A stretch of DNA of 64,000 bases from Candidatus Binatia bacterium (GTDB taxonomy: Bacteria; Desulfobacterota; Binatia; Bin18), in contig JBFWXH010000020.1 of NCBI GenBank assembly GCA_050187625.1, positions 15,355-79,354 of the forward strand, given 5' to 3'. The translations under genes were made by a program, and so were the position numbers. Numbering within the stretch: the first letter of the stretch is position 1; the number at the start of each line of letters is the position of its first letter. Positions 10,095 through 20,684 of this stretch are shown here, piece by piece. Under the pieces are notes generated by a model, which saw nothing but the letters and a program-made list of their open reading frames with translations, did no database searches and was not told where the DNA came from.

Positions 10095-10340
10095 ATGGAT
10101 TGACCCGCTGCCGATTGCTACGATTGCTCCGCACCAGAGGCAGAAGAGACTTTCTGAAGCGGCTGAATGACGCATTTTCGTGCTGATTTACCGGACCCGC
10201 AAGTGGTTATTTTTATTAGGGTTCGGTTTTGTCCAGTTAATTAGGACTTTCCGGACAACAATGCATTCTTCTTGTCTCTATTTTGGGAGGGACTTCCAAA
10301 ATAGTTCCTGTTAAGTGCTTATTTCTACTAAATTTTTATT

Positions 10341-11288
10341 ATGATTGAAGAATTTATTGCCGACCCGATCTCGTACATGAGAAGACGGGAACGTGAATAT
10401 AGCGAGCGCCGCTATCTGAGGAACGCTCATAAAAAAGCTCTGGCTACTCGGCGTATAGATATCTATGCAAATATGTGGACAACCGACATTAATGGGAGCG
10501 TCCGGCGCATTTCGGATCCGGCTCGGCGTGCATTTTTTCTGACCAAATTGATTGAACTAGAGGTTGAAAATGATATCAGGCATCGGTCAAGGGGTAGAAT
10601 TGTTGACGAAAAACAAATTCGCATTATCGCTTCTCGTAAATACAAGAGAGTTCGCCTTAAAACTGTCCCAACGATTCCTAAAGGGAATTTTTTAGTTCGC
10701 TACAGCAAGAAGGAATATATTGAGAAAGCATTTGTTGAGGGGAGTATACGAATTGCACCGGCCGCATCTTATGCTGACAGTTCACTAAATGCCGCGCAAT
10801 TTGACGAAGAATTACGCCATTTCTCAGTAACTCCTGATAAACAACTTTTGTTCAAGGTCTACGGCTCGGACACTCCCGGCGGACCAGAAAGAGAACTTCC
10901 GGTCACTCCGTTGGAGTTTTTTCAATATATGGAAGTGCAAAACTTCTATGTTCTTTGCTGTGCGGCTAGCTTTGACTGTCGCATGTTCCACGATTTTGAA
11001 GCTGATGCCGCCATCATTATTTTCGATCCCGACACATTTATTACGCGGATCAATAGTGCTGTCTTGAATCACGTTCAATCACAATTGAAGCACGGGAAAA
11101 TTAACTATTATGATCCCTATTTAGTCGAAAGGTCACAGCTAGTACCTGGCTTCTTCAAGCACTTTCGATATGCCTATCAAGATGAATATCGTCTGATCTG
11201 GGAGGTGTCGCCACAAATCCTACTTCAACCATTTTTCGTCAACATTGGATCGATGTATGACGTAGCGGACTTCGTTGAACTGAGATAA
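10341..11288 (+). CDS. Low-GC orphan hypothetical protein (315 aa)
   Basis: Longest ORF in a segment of about 40-45% GC, with an AT-rich leader. Central FLVRYSKKEYIEKAFVEGSIRIAPAASYADS and C-terminal FKHFRYAYQDEYRLIW are faintly reminiscent of DUF2971-type proteins (memory only). Confidence 0.55.
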   Translation: MIEEFIADPISYMRRREREYSERRYLRNAHKKALATRRIDIYANMWTTDINGSVRRISDPARRAFFLTKLIELEVENDIRHRSRGRIVDEKQIRIIASRKYKRVRLKTVPTIPKGNFLVRYSKKEYIEKAFVEGSIRIAPAASYADSSLNAAQFDEELRHFSVTPDKQLLFKVYGSDTPGGPERELPVTPLEFFQYMEVQNFYVLCCAASFDCRMFHDFEADAAIIIFDPDTFITRINSAVLNHVQSQLKHGKINYYDPYLVERSQLVPGFFKHFRYAYQDEYRLIWEVSPQILLQPFFVNIGSMYDVADFVELR

Positions 11289-11306
11289 GCGGGGCGAGAC
11301 CGCCAC

Positions 11307-11332
11307 GTCCGGAAAGGTAAGATTTTCCGGAC
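11307..11332 (+). terminator. Hairpin 19 nt after the stop of the low-GC gene
   Basis: gtccggaaa-ggtaagat-tttccggac, 9-bp perfect stem. Its 3' arm repeats tttccggaca, which is also found at 10248-10257. Confidence 0.4.
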
Positions 11333-11431
11333 AGAGACAATATACTCCTATTCTATGTCATAGTCTGTAACGGCAGACGACAGCAGAAAATTGCTCTCTG
11401 TCCTGGGGTGCCAGTGAAGCACTGATGGTTT

Positions 11432-12223
11432 TCAGCACCCGACAAACCGCGCCGGGCGGTGCTCGGCGACGGCGCGTAACCCCTCTTTGTGATCAGCCGT
11501 CTGCCGTAGCCAGTGTTGTTCGCGATACTCGCGTGCCGTGGCTGCCTTGATCTCGGGCACGAGTCCTTCACGCATGGTCGCCCGCACCGATTGGACAGCG
11601 AGTGGCGCATTCGCAGCGATCTCCCGAGCCAGCTCTACGGCGGCGGTTCGCACGTTGGACTGGTCAGTAATCATGTCTCCCAAACCCCATGCCAAGGCTT
11701 CTTCGCCGCCAATCGAGCAGGCGGTAGAGCACAGCAGTGTTGCGCGTTGCCAACCAATCAGTCGCGGCAGAAGGTAGGTTATCCCAGAGCCTGGATGAAA
11801 ACCCAACTTGACAAAATTGGCCGCGAAACGCGTCTCCGGGCAGAGAACACGGAAGTCCGGAATAAGCGCCAAGCCCAAGCCTCCACCGATGGCGGCACCT
11901 TGAATTGCACCAACGACCGGTTTGCGGCAGGCGTGCATCCGCGCCATTTCGGCGTACAACGGATTGCCCGCCTCTGCAGCCCACGTCTGCTGTTCAGCCT
12001 CGCCTTGCAGATAGTGAAAATGCGCACCTGCGCAGAAATGTTTACCGACTGAGGCGAGCACGATGGTGCGGCACTCCACCGTGTTATCAAGTGTCTCGAA
12101 CGCAGTGACCAGGGCTTGAAGAAGATTAAGGTCAAGGACATTGTTAGGGGGCCGTTGGATTTCTACGGTTGCCACACAATTCTCAAGGGTGACCGCAACA
12201 TCTCCATACTGGGTTTGCATCAT
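11432..12223 (-). CDS. Enoyl-CoA hydratase/isomerase (crotonase) family protein
   Basis: Start MMQTQYGDVAV follows GGGAGGAG. CAGAHF... and GAAIGGGLGLAL are typical crotonase-fold segments. Confidence 0.85.
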   Translation of the reverse strand: MMQTQYGDVAVTLENCVATVEIQRPPNNVLDLNLLQALVTAFETLDNTVECRTIVLASVGKHFCAGAHFHYLQGEAEQQTWAAEAGNPLYAEMARMHACRKPVVGAIQGAAIGGGLGLALIPDFRVLCPETRFAANFVKLGFHPGSGITYLLPRLIGWQRATLLCSTACSIGGEEALAWGLGDMITDQSNVRTAAVELAREIAANAPLAVQSVRATMREGLVPEIKAATAREYREQHWLRQTADHKEGLRAVAEHRPARFVGC

Positions 12224-12707
12224 GCGCTCCTCCCGGAGGAAAGTTCTCGTGCCATGGCGAACGCTCGGACCAAAACCGCCGCGTCCGCTCTCCATGCGAG
12301 GTCTGTGTGTGGAAACCTAAACCAGCAGGCAGGATTCCGCTACCGGTCGCCCGACTTTTTACGACCAGGGTGAGGTCAGTTGCGCTCTGTCGTGCTTTGT
12401 ACCAGTCACAATTTAAGCCCTTAGTCACGTCAAATCCCCTCTCACTCAGGGAGAAAGACCCCATACTCGCCGTGGCGTGACTGAAGACACAAGGGTATTT
12501 CCTTACGTTGAGATCAGCGCGCGCGTTGCGATGCAGCGTAGGTAAAAGCTTGCGTCCGGCAACCTTTCTGCTATACCACTGACTTCCTTGATCGTGGTAC
12601 AAACGAAATGTTGATACGCGCCAAGAACACCCTACAAGAGGATTTCTTGGAACAGTTTGACACCACCAGCAAAGGAAGAACAGCCCCAAAGAAAAGGAGA
12701 ACAAACC

Positions 12708-14537
12708 ATGAGTGAATCTCTCACCCCCGCCACCCCGCCCGGCATTCCGTCTATCGAAGAGTTAGGCTTTGACCCTGACGCCCTACGTGAGAAGTATGCC
12801 GCCGAACGAACCAAGCGTCTGCGAGCAGACGGGAATGAGCAGTATCAGGAAATTACTGGTCAGTTCGCACCGTATAATGTGGACCCCTATGTGGAACCGG
12901 GATTCACACGTCCGGCCCTGCAAGAAGAACTCGATGTCGTGATTATCGGTGGCGGTTTTGGTGGTCTGCTCGCAGCGGTGCGATTACAGGAGGTCGGCGT
13001 CACCAACATTCGCATCATTGAGAAAGCCGGAGATTTTGGCGGCACCTGGTACTGGAATCGCTATCCCGGCGCGCAGTGTGACGTAGAGTCCTATGTCTAT
13101 CTGCCGCTGTTAGAAGAGACCGGCTATATGCCTAAGGAGAAGTATTCGTTTGCGCCGGAGATCCTTGAACATGCGCGGCGGATTGGACGCCACTTCAAGC
13201 TATATGAGCGCACCTGCTTTCAGACGCAGATCAAAGAGGCACGCTGGGATGAGGGCGCGAAACGGTGGACGATCACGACGGATCGTGATGATGTCTTCCA
13301 CACGCGGTTTCTGATCATGTGCAGCGGGCCACTGAACCGACCCAAGTTGCCAGGCATCCCCGGCATCGAGAAATTCAAAGGCCATACCTTCCATACTAGT
13401 CGATGGGATTATCATTACACCGGGGGAGATAGCACTGGAAACTTACATAAACTCCACGACAAACGGGTCGGCATTATTGGCACCGGAGCTACCGCCATCC
13501 AGTGTGTGCCCCACCTTGGCCAACATGCCAAGCAACTATATGTTTTCCAGCGTACGCCCTCCTCGGTGGATAAGCGCGGCAACATGCCGACTGATCCTGA
13601 ATGGGTACAGACCCTCACGCCCGGTTGGCAAGCCTATCGCAATAATAACTTCTGTACCCTCATGGCGGGGCGACCCGTGGACGAAGATCTCGTCAACGAT
13701 GGCTGGACGAGTCTCTTCAAGAAACTGACCCGGCTGTTTTCGCGCCGCAATAACGCCGATCTCACCGAAGAAGAGCGGGCACAGCTCGCAGAGATCGCCG
13801 ATTTCCAGCAGATGAACGAGATTCGCGAGCGCATCTCCTCGATCGTCACCGACCCGCAAACCGCAGAGGCGCTCAAGCCGTGGTATGGGCAATGGTGCAA
13901 ACGGCCTACTTTCAATGATGAGTATCTGCCGACTTTCAACCGACCCAATGTCAAACTGGTCGACACCAAAGGCAAAGGCGTTGACCGGGTGACTGAGCAT
14001 GGTGTTGTTGTCGATGGAGTGGAGTACGAAGTTGATTGCTTGATCTTCGCCACTGGGTTTGAGGTTGGCACGGCCTACACCCGGCGAGCAGAGTTTGAGT
14101 TGTATGGGCGTGATGGAGTGCGACTCACCGAAGCCTGGGCCAACGGGATGCGGACTTACCACGGGTTCCTGAGTTGTGGATTTCCGAACTGCTTTCACAT
14201 GGGATTGACGCAAACGGGATTAGCACCGAACTTTACCTATCTGCTCGAAGGGCAATCACAACACATCGCGCAGCTCATTTCTGAGGTCAATGCTCACAAG
14301 GCGATGACCGTCGAACCGACGCCGGAGGCTGTGGCTGACTGGGTCGAGTTGATGACGAAACCGAATGCCTTGACCGAGTACCAAAATGCCTGCACGCCAG
14401 GGTACTACAACGGCGAGGGGCAAAACACAGGGGTCGGATTTGTGGGAACACAGTATCCTCAGGGCGCGCCGTCGTTTTTCAAGATGCTTGCCCGCTGGCG
14501 CGAGCAAGGGGATCTGTCCGGGCTCGTCGTGAAGTAG
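12708..14537 (+). CDS. Type-I Baeyer-Villiger monooxygenase, long form (609 aa)
   Basis: ATG 12708 follows [52 protein letters not shown]. Roughly 80% aa identity by eye to 3578-5404. Confidence 0.9.
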   Translation: MSESLTPATPPGIPSIEELGFDPDALREKYAAERTKRLRADGNEQYQEITGQFAPYNVDPYVEPGFTRPALQEELDVVIIGGGFGGLLAAVRLQEVGVTNIRIIEKAGDFGGTWYWNRYPGAQCDVESYVYLPLLEETGYMPKEKYSFAPEILEHARRIGRHFKLYERTCFQTQIKEARWDEGAKRWTITTDRDDVFHTRFLIMCSGPLNRPKLPGIPGIEKFKGHTFHTSRWDYHYTGGDSTGNLHKLHDKRVGIIGTGATAIQCVPHLGQHAKQLYVFQRTPSSVDKRGNMPTDPEWVQTLTPGWQAYRNNNFCTLMAGRPVDEDLVNDGWTSLFKKLTRLFSRRNNADLTEEERAQLAEIADFQQMNEIRERISSIVTDPQTAEALKPWYGQWCKRPTFNDEYLPTFNRPNVKLVDTKGKGVDRVTEHGVVVDGVEYEVDCLIFATGFEVGTAYTRRAEFELYGRDGVRLTEAWANGMRTYHGFLSCGFPNCFHMGLTQTGLAPNFTYLLEGQSQHIAQLISEVNAHKAMTVEPTPEAVADWVELMTKPNALTEYQNACTPGYYNGEGQNTGVGFVGTQYPQGAPSFFKMLARWREQGDLSGLVVK

Positions 14538-14584
14538 GACGAGGAGTCAATCCAGAAGGCATTGATCGATGGTCTGGGAGAAAT

Positions 14585-14612
14585 GGAGGGGCGACGCAGG
14601 CGTCGCCCCTCC
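14585..14612. terminator. GC-rich palindrome between BVMO and esterase
   Basis: ggaggggcgacgc-ag-gcgtcgcccctcc. No T-tract. A related stem gtaggggcga...tcgcctctac occurs at 24823-24850, so it may be a repeat rather than a terminator. Confidence 0.3.
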
Positions 14613-14669
14613 AGACTCAGGATGGATGGAGTCGAAGGACAGGCATGACGTCAGAAAAGGAGAGAAGCA

Positions 14670-15632
14670 GTGAACTTCATGGAGCAATTAGACCCTGAGC
14701 TGCGAGCCGTGCTGGAGAAGTTCCCGACTGAAGGGGCGGTAGATCTGAATAACATCCCGGCAGCTCGGGCCAAAATGAAAAAGCTGTTCACGTCTATGGC
14801 GGCCAAAGTGCTTCCGATCGAGGGCGTGACCAGCCAGGATCAATCCGTGCCGGGCCGACAGGGCGACCCAGCGGTGCGGGTCCGGATATATCAACCGCAG
14901 GAGCGACCGAGCATCTTGCCCGCGCTCTTATGGATTCATGGTGGCGGATATGTTATGGGCGACATCGAGCAAGACGACCGACTCATGCAGCAAATGGTCA
15001 AGAGAATCGGCTGCGTGGCGGTGTCGGTCGATTACCGCTTGCCGCCTGAGCATCCGTTTCCCGCGCCGGTCGAAGATTGCTATGCCGCGTTACAGTGGTT
15101 GCTTACCCATGCCGGCGACCTCGGTGTTGATTTCTCGCGTATTGCTATTGGTGGCGCTAGCGCTGGGGGTGGGCTGGCGGCAGGCTTGGCGCTACTGACC
15201 CGCGACCGGGGAGAAGTGCCAGTGGCTTTTCAACTCCTCATCTACCCTATGATTGATGACCGCAACGTCACCCCTGCGAGCTTTGCGATTACTGACCCGC
15301 GCGTGTGGCATCGCGAGAGTAACCGCTTAGGGTGGAAAGCCTATCTGGGTCGAGATGGTGGTGGGGATAACGTGTCGTCCTACGCTGCAGCTTCCCGAGC
15401 GACGGACCTGAAGAACTTGCCGCCAGCCTACATTCCAGTCGGCGCACTCGATCTGTTTATCGACGAGAATATTGAATATGCGCAGCGGCTCATTCAGGCG
15501 GGCGTCCCGACCGAGCTGCACGTGTATCCGGGAGCATTTCATGGGTTTGATGTGTTCGCCCCGTCTGCGGCAGTCTCGAAACAGTTCAAAGCCGAGCGCG
15601 ACAACGCCCTCAAACGTGCGCTGTATTCCTAA
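14670..15632 (+). CDS. Alpha/beta-hydrolase esterase, hormone-sensitive-lipase (family IV) type
   Basis: HGGGY oxyanion motif, nucleophile elbow G-A-S-A-G (GGASAGG), C-terminal GAFHGF. GTG start 7 nt after AGGAGA. Confidence 0.85.
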   Translation: MNFMEQLDPELRAVLEKFPTEGAVDLNNIPAARAKMKKLFTSMAAKVLPIEGVTSQDQSVPGRQGDPAVRVRIYQPQERPSILPALLWIHGGGYVMGDIEQDDRLMQQMVKRIGCVAVSVDYRLPPEHPFPAPVEDCYAALQWLLTHAGDLGVDFSRIAIGGASAGGGLAAGLALLTRDRGEVPVAFQLLIYPMIDDRNVTPASFAITDPRVWHRESNRLGWKAYLGRDGGGDNVSSYAAASRATDLKNLPPAYIPVGALDLFIDENIEYAQRLIQAGVPTELHVYPGAFHGFDVFAPSAAVSKQFKAERDNALKRALYS

Positions 15633-15675
15633 TCGACGCCCCGCAGTTTAGTTCCTCGGTGAGAGATTATGGATC

Positions 15676-15942
15676 GTGTGGCGACCGTTACGTTTCGGCA
15701 CGATCCAGGTAGACCCGCAAGACTTGTCCTTTCTCCTGCGATTGTTATTCCAAGATGGAATGCCCGAATTGCGCAATGACCCGCGTTTTGCACGCTTATG
15801 CGCACGGCTGGGACTTGTGGAGTTCTGGATGGCGACAGACAAATGGCCTGACTGCGTCGATGAAGTTTCTTACGATTTCAAGGCCGAGGGTGCGAAGGTG
15901 CAAGACCTCCCAAAAGAAGATTTCTGGTTTTCAGCACTGTGA
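15676..15942 (+). pseudogene. Possible remnant encoding only the C-terminal tail of a larger (TPR/regulator-like) protein
   Basis: ELRNDPRFARLCARLGLVEFW resembles the common C-terminal 'DPRF..LL.R.GL' tail of TPR-containing proteins. No plausible N-terminal domain or RBS. Confidence 0.25.
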
Positions 15943-16209
15943 CTTGGGAACACTGATCACTGTGTCTTTATAGCCTGGGCTATACTTAACGACTAAACGA
16001 TGATGAACGAGCCGATACATGTACCCTGGCATTCCCCGCCGACGCCGGCGCCCCGAAGTTCCAGCCAGTCCTCAATGCGTTGGCTGGTGACAGACGCATC
16101 CCCCGTTGACGCTTGACCTCATCCCTCTTACATCCAGGCAGGGACGTGACCCACGCAGCTTGTTGGTTCGACGACCCTCGAAACTCCATGCCCGAGAAAG
16201 GGTATCAAA

Positions 16210-17937
16210 ATGATTACAACCCGGTGTTTTCCGATTCGTAACTCCGTAAGCACGGTCTTGCTCGTGCTGATAACTGCGTCATGTCCAAGTCTACTCTTCG
16301 CCCAAGATCTCTCCGGCACCCTGCGGCTGACCATTAGCGACACCAGTACTGGACAGCCTGTTCCCGCCCGCGTCGAAATTCAAGGCGCGGACGGAGCTTA
16401 CCATGTGGCAGAGGATGCGCTCCCGGCAAGCGGCGATTGTGGAATGGGCGATCCTGGTTCAGGTCCAGTTGACCAGGCCGCGTCGCTGGAGAAATTCTTT
16501 GACCGGGTTCGGGTCAGTAACCCCTATACGGGGACTACTCAGTTTTACAGCACAGGAAAGTCATCCATTCGGCTGCCGGCCGGCGCTGCAACTATCAAGG
16601 TTTTCAAAGGCCCTGAATACAAGGTGAGCGTGGAGAAGGTCCAGATCCAGGGGGATGGCACCGTCGAGCACCACATCGCCTTAAAGCGCTGGACCAACAT
16701 GCCGCAACAAGGCTGGTACAGCGCTGATGATCACTTGCATATTCCGCGACCGTCACCCGAGTCGAATACTGCCCTGTCCAAGATGCTGCAGGCAGAAGAC
16801 ATCAATGTCGGCAATCTCCTACAGATGGGCAAAGTCACGAATTTCGACATCGCCAAGCAGTATGCGCACGGCCCTGGCGGCCTCTATCAAGAAGGCAATT
16901 ACATCCTTGCTGCGGGCCAGGAGAATCCGCGTACTCACTTCCTGGGACATACGATTACGCTTGGCGCCGCAACTGCGCATTTCGACGACAAGAAATACCT
17001 GATTTATCGGTTGCTGTGGGAGCAAACGGCCAAGGAAGGAGCCATCAATGGCTACGCCCACCTGGTTGCACCCGATGGTTTCCTGCTTGCGCCACAGGAC
17101 GGGATGGCCGTGGTTTTGCCACACAATTTGATGCATTTCGTAGAGGTCCTGCAATTCAATCGAACCGGCTATGAAACCTGGTATGATCTGCTCGCACTGG
17201 GATTTCGCATGACCGCGACCGCGGGCAGTGACTATCCTTGTGGAGGACAATCCCTGCCCGGGCATGAGCGCTTCTATACGAAAGTCGCAGGACCCCTGAC
17301 CTACGCGAAGTGGATCGAGAGCGTGCGCAAAGGCCGCACTTTTGTAACGTCCGGTCCCCTCGTCGAGTTTCGCGTTAATGGCCAGGATATCGGCAGTGAA
17401 ATCACGCTGGACAACCCATCCACTGTAGAACTCACTGGAAGTGTCATCTTTGACCCCGAGCGGGACGATCTGGTCGCTGTGGAACTGCTGCAAAACGGCA
17501 ACATCGTGAACCGATTCTCCCGCGTCAAAGGCGAATCGAAGATCGAATTCAAGGTTACACGTCGTGTCGATGAATCGTCCTGGTTCGCCGTCCGTGGTTT
17601 CGGGGCGCGCTTCGACGAGAACACCTTCGTGACCCCAATAATCTTCAGCTCCATCGAGCCGACGAGCAACGTGCATACGTCTCCGATCTATGTCTCGCTC
17701 AAGAACCGGCCAGGAATTGAGAAAGCCGCCCACTCCAAGGCGGTCGCACAAAGCTTCCTGGCGCGATTGACCGACATGGAAAGGCTGCTCGCGGAGGATA
17801 ACATCGAGGTGTTAGCCGCCAAATTGGCAGACCCGACCATGGATGCCGTCCCGAAAGAAGTTTTCCTCAACAACAGGCAAGACCTGCTCAAAGAGATTCA
17901 GGAGGCCAAGGACTTTTTCAAAGCAAGAGCGCCGTGA
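16210..17937 (+). CDS. Secreted CehA/McbA-like (PHP-type) metallohydrolase
   Basis: Signal peptide VLLVLITASCPSLLFAQD. LRLTISDTSTGQPVPARVEIQGADG N-domain and WYSADDHLHIPRP metal motif. Confidence 0.6.
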   Translation: MITTRCFPIRNSVSTVLLVLITASCPSLLFAQDLSGTLRLTISDTSTGQPVPARVEIQGADGAYHVAEDALPASGDCGMGDPGSGPVDQAASLEKFFDRVRVSNPYTGTTQFYSTGKSSIRLPAGAATIKVFKGPEYKVSVEKVQIQGDGTVEHHIALKRWTNMPQQGWYSADDHLHIPRPSPESNTALSKMLQAEDINVGNLLQMGKVTNFDIAKQYAHGPGGLYQEGNYILAAGQENPRTHFLGHTITLGAATAHFDDKKYLIYRLLWEQTAKEGAINGYAHLVAPDGFLLAPQDGMAVVLPHNLMHFVEVLQFNRTGYETWYDLLALGFRMTATAGSDYPCGGQSLPGHERFYTKVAGPLTYAKWIESVRKGRTFVTSGPLVEFRVNGQDIGSEITLDNPSTVELTGSVIFDPERDDLVAVELLQNGNIVNRFSRVKGESKIEFKVTRRVDESSWFAVRGFGARFDENTFVTPIIFSSIEPTSNVHTSPIYVSLKNRPGIEKAAHSKAVAQSFLARLTDMERLLAEDNIEVLAAKLADPTMDAVPKEVFLNNRQDLLKEIQEAKDFFKARAP

Positions 17938-18054
17938 AGCCGTCTGGCGCTTTTGGCGAGTATCGATCGAGGCGATCTCTGTAAGACTCGCGTTGACGCC
18001 CACGACCCGCTCTTCTATACGGGTATACGCGCGCTCGCAGCAAGGAGGACACGT

Positions 18055-18906
18055 ATGATCACAGCTATGCCACGCATCGCCATTGCCATCCATGACTTCC
18101 CGAAGTGCCTGGCTACTTTCAGAGACGTGCTGGGGATGCCGGTCGTCGACGTATCGGAGAGCAGTGTCGCAAGTCTAGGAGCGAAAGTGGCCATGTGTGT
18201 TCCCGAGGGTGGGAGTAATATCGAGATCATGTCACCCGCTGACCTCAACGCTCCGCTCAGCCTCAGTCTCCGGAAATTTCTTACGCGGCGCGGGGAAGGG
18301 TTGTTCGCACTTATGCTTGAGGCCCCAGACCCGGATACCGAAGCCGACGCCCTTGCGAGTCGCGGACTCAACGTCCTCCCGCTGATGGCCGGTGCAGGAG
18401 GGCGCGACGTGCATCCGAACTCTACCCACGGTGTCCTGATCCGGGTCTATCCGATGAATTCTTTTCGGGGACGCGCCACCGCTCATGAGCAGGATACGGA
18501 TTCTCCTGGCCTTTCGGGGATCGCGCGGGTGATCGTTGCGGTTCACGATCTCAATCACGCCGTGGCTGTGTATGGCAAAAAATTCGCCCTGGACATCGCT
18601 GAGCCAACCGTCGATGCTAAGTGGGGGGTACGTTCAGCGGTTTGCACCCCACCGTCCGGCGGCGTGATCGAATTAGTTGCAGTAGATGACCGCAATCAGC
18701 CGTTTGCCGAATCCATCGCGACATTCTTGGACAGCGGTCGAGAGGGCATGTACGCCCTGGTTCTGCAGTCGCGCGACCTGCAGAGATCGGCAAGAACCCT
18801 AGCTGCGCGAGGAGTCGAGGTTCACACTGTCGCCGACTCACCTGACATCCTGGAGATCGAACGGACGTCGACTTTCGGCGCCCGTATTTGGATTGAGTCC
18901 GCTTGA
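18055..18906 (+). CDS. Tandem VOC (glyoxalase/dioxygenase-fold) protein
   Basis: ATG 18055 follows AAGGAGGA. Two VOC modules start at RIAIAIHDFPKCLATFRDVLGM and GIARVIVAVHDLNHAVAVYGKKF. Confidence 0.65.
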   Translation: MITAMPRIAIAIHDFPKCLATFRDVLGMPVVDVSESSVASLGAKVAMCVPEGGSNIEIMSPADLNAPLSLSLRKFLTRRGEGLFALMLEAPDPDTEADALASRGLNVLPLMAGAGGRDVHPNSTHGVLIRVYPMNSFRGRATAHEQDTDSPGLSGIARVIVAVHDLNHAVAVYGKKFALDIAEPTVDAKWGVRSAVCTPPSGGVIELVAVDDRNQPFAESIATFLDSGREGMYALVLQSRDLQRSARTLAARGVEVHTVADSPDILEIERTSTFGARIWIESA

Positions 18907-18915
18907 GACCGGTGT

Positions 18916-20595
18916 TTACGCAGACGGTGCGACCATGGTCGCATACCCTTCAATGAAGGGGGATAAACTCTCCTTATCGACCTCAACGTTGATAATCGAC
19001 GGTTTCCCGTTGGCGGCCGCGCGTCTGATGGCTGGGAGGATTTCCTCTGGATCGGTGACCCTTTCTCCATACCCATCCCACATGGAGACCATTTTCTCGT
19101 AGGCACGCATGTGGTGCAGTTCGGTGTTGCATTGCCCCCTCGTAGCAATCTCATCTGGCCGAATGTATTGCTCTACCAAGCTGATCATTCCCCACCCTGA
19201 GTCATTGGAGATGACACACACCACAGGGATGCCCAGCCGCGCCATGGTATCCATCTCCATAGCATAGAACCCGAAGCTTCCGTCACCCGTATACCATAGC
19301 ACTGGCTTCCGGTTCGCGACCCAGGCTCCAACCACCTGGCCAGGTCCTGTCCCGATAGTCCCATTCGGCCCAGTCGCATGGATCTGCCCTGGACGTGTTG
19401 CGATCGCCGCACCTGTCATCCATACGCTGGCTTCACCACCGTCGATGATGAGGTTCCAGTCCCGCGCATCTTCCTCTAGGAATTTCGCCGCCTCGCATGC
19501 ACAGCGGGCCGGATGGATAGGACTCTTGCCGACATGATACGCCTCGGGGAGGGTAGCCGCTCCACTACGCCGGACTGCCCCAGTCCACGGGTCGCCCGTC
19601 TTTGGAGAACATTTGGTCTGGATCGATTCGAGGAGTTGACGCGTTACGGGTCCCGCTCCACCAACGATTCCGAGGTCGGCACGGAGGTTGAAACCAATCT
19701 GGCTTCTGTCAGTATGCACCTGAATGACCGTGGCATCCTTGGGAATTGCACGGCCCAATCGCAGTCGGTAATCAAACCGACAGCCCAGAGCCAACACCAC
19801 ATCAGCCTTCGAGAAGGCGCGAGTTTTCAACAACGGATTGTCTGATTCGTCGCCAAACAATCCACGGCACGCGCTTCCGGCGATACCCACCGGCATCTTC
19901 AAATAATCCGACAATGCAGCAATCGCCCCGGCATGCTTCCCCATGGACCATCGGGCTCCCTCATCGACGATCATTGCCGGACGTTGCGCATGTGCGAGGA
20001 TCTCGGCCGCCTCCTCGATTAGTTCCGCTTCTCCACTGGGCACCGCTTGGCTCAGGGAGTGAGCCGGAAAACGGACGCGCTCCTCCTCTACCTTCGCAAA
20101 CAGCAGATCCGTTGGTACCTCCAGGTAGACCGGCCCCGGGCTCGCCCCCATAGCCTGGCGAAAGGCCATGGATACATACTCCGGAATACGGACGGTGCTG
20201 GTAATTTTTCTGGCCCACTTACAGCACGACTCCATCAGGGTCAGGGTCGACATGTCCTGCAGATCACCCGCGTCGCGTTTACTCATCGCCACTGCACCGC
20301 CGATCTGCAGGAGTGGAATATTCATTGAGTCCGCTTCCATCATTCCCGCTGGCGTATTCCCGACCCCTGGCCCTGCGGTCGTCACCACAACGGCCATCTT
20401 TCCCGAGGCCCGCGTATAGGCAATCGCAGCATACACGGCCGAGCACTCATGACGCATATCGATAATCTCAATCCCCGCATCTCGCATCCCGTAAAAGACC
20501 GGCATGATATGCCCGCCAGATAAGACGAATGCTTTTTCCACACCTTCATTCACCAAGGCTTTCGCGACTAGTGCTCCTCCGTCGATTGCACCCAT
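18916..20595 (-). CDS. Thiamine-diphosphate-dependent enzyme (acetolactate synthase / 2-hydroxyacyl-CoA lyase / benzoylformate decarboxylase superfamily)
   Basis: N-terminal GGALVAKALVNEGVEKAFVLSGG. ThDP-binding motif GDGSFGF...VISND. Confidence 0.85.
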   Translation of the reverse strand: MGAIDGGALVAKALVNEGVEKAFVLSGGHIMPVFYGMRDAGIEIIDMRHECSAVYAAIAYTRASGKMAVVVTTAGPGVGNTPAGMMEADSMNIPLLQIGGAVAMSKRDAGDLQDMSTLTLMESCCKWARKITSTVRIPEYVSMAFRQAMGASPGPVYLEVPTDLLFAKVEEERVRFPAHSLSQAVPSGEAELIEEAAEILAHAQRPAMIVDEGARWSMGKHAGAIAALSDYLKMPVGIAGSACRGLFGDESDNPLLKTRAFSKADVVLALGCRFDYRLRLGRAIPKDATVIQVHTDRSQIGFNLRADLGIVGGAGPVTRQLLESIQTKCSPKTGDPWTGAVRRSGAATLPEAYHVGKSPIHPARCACEAAKFLEEDARDWNLIIDGGEASVWMTGAAIATRPGQIHATGPNGTIGTGPGQVVGAWVANRKPVLWYTGDGSFGFYAMEMDTMARLGIPVVCVISNDSGWGMISLVEQYIRPDEIATRGQCNTELHHMRAYEKMVSMWDGYGERVTDPEEILPAIRRAAANGKPSIINVEVDKESLSPFIEGYATMVAPSA

Positions 20596-20684
20596 TTTTG
20601 CATCCCTCCCAGTTGATTATTTTCTTTGAACGAGAAAAACACAAGAGTATTCGACGATGCCATTCCCCCGGGCTTTGCTGTCGC

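Noticed and set aside
9363-10175. 270-aa minus-strand ORF covering the cupin gene and the downstream spacer
   Set aside because: It is antisense to a gene that has two clear paralogues. It runs through a palindromic repeat and has an implausible composition.
16819-17751. Other long antisense ORFs (for example 16819-17751, 53557-54372, 5916-6551, 13536-14213, 26388-27050, 61251-61886, 975-1613)
   Set aside because: All lie opposite CDS with strong family motifs and lack RBS or motif support. I treat them as frame shadows.
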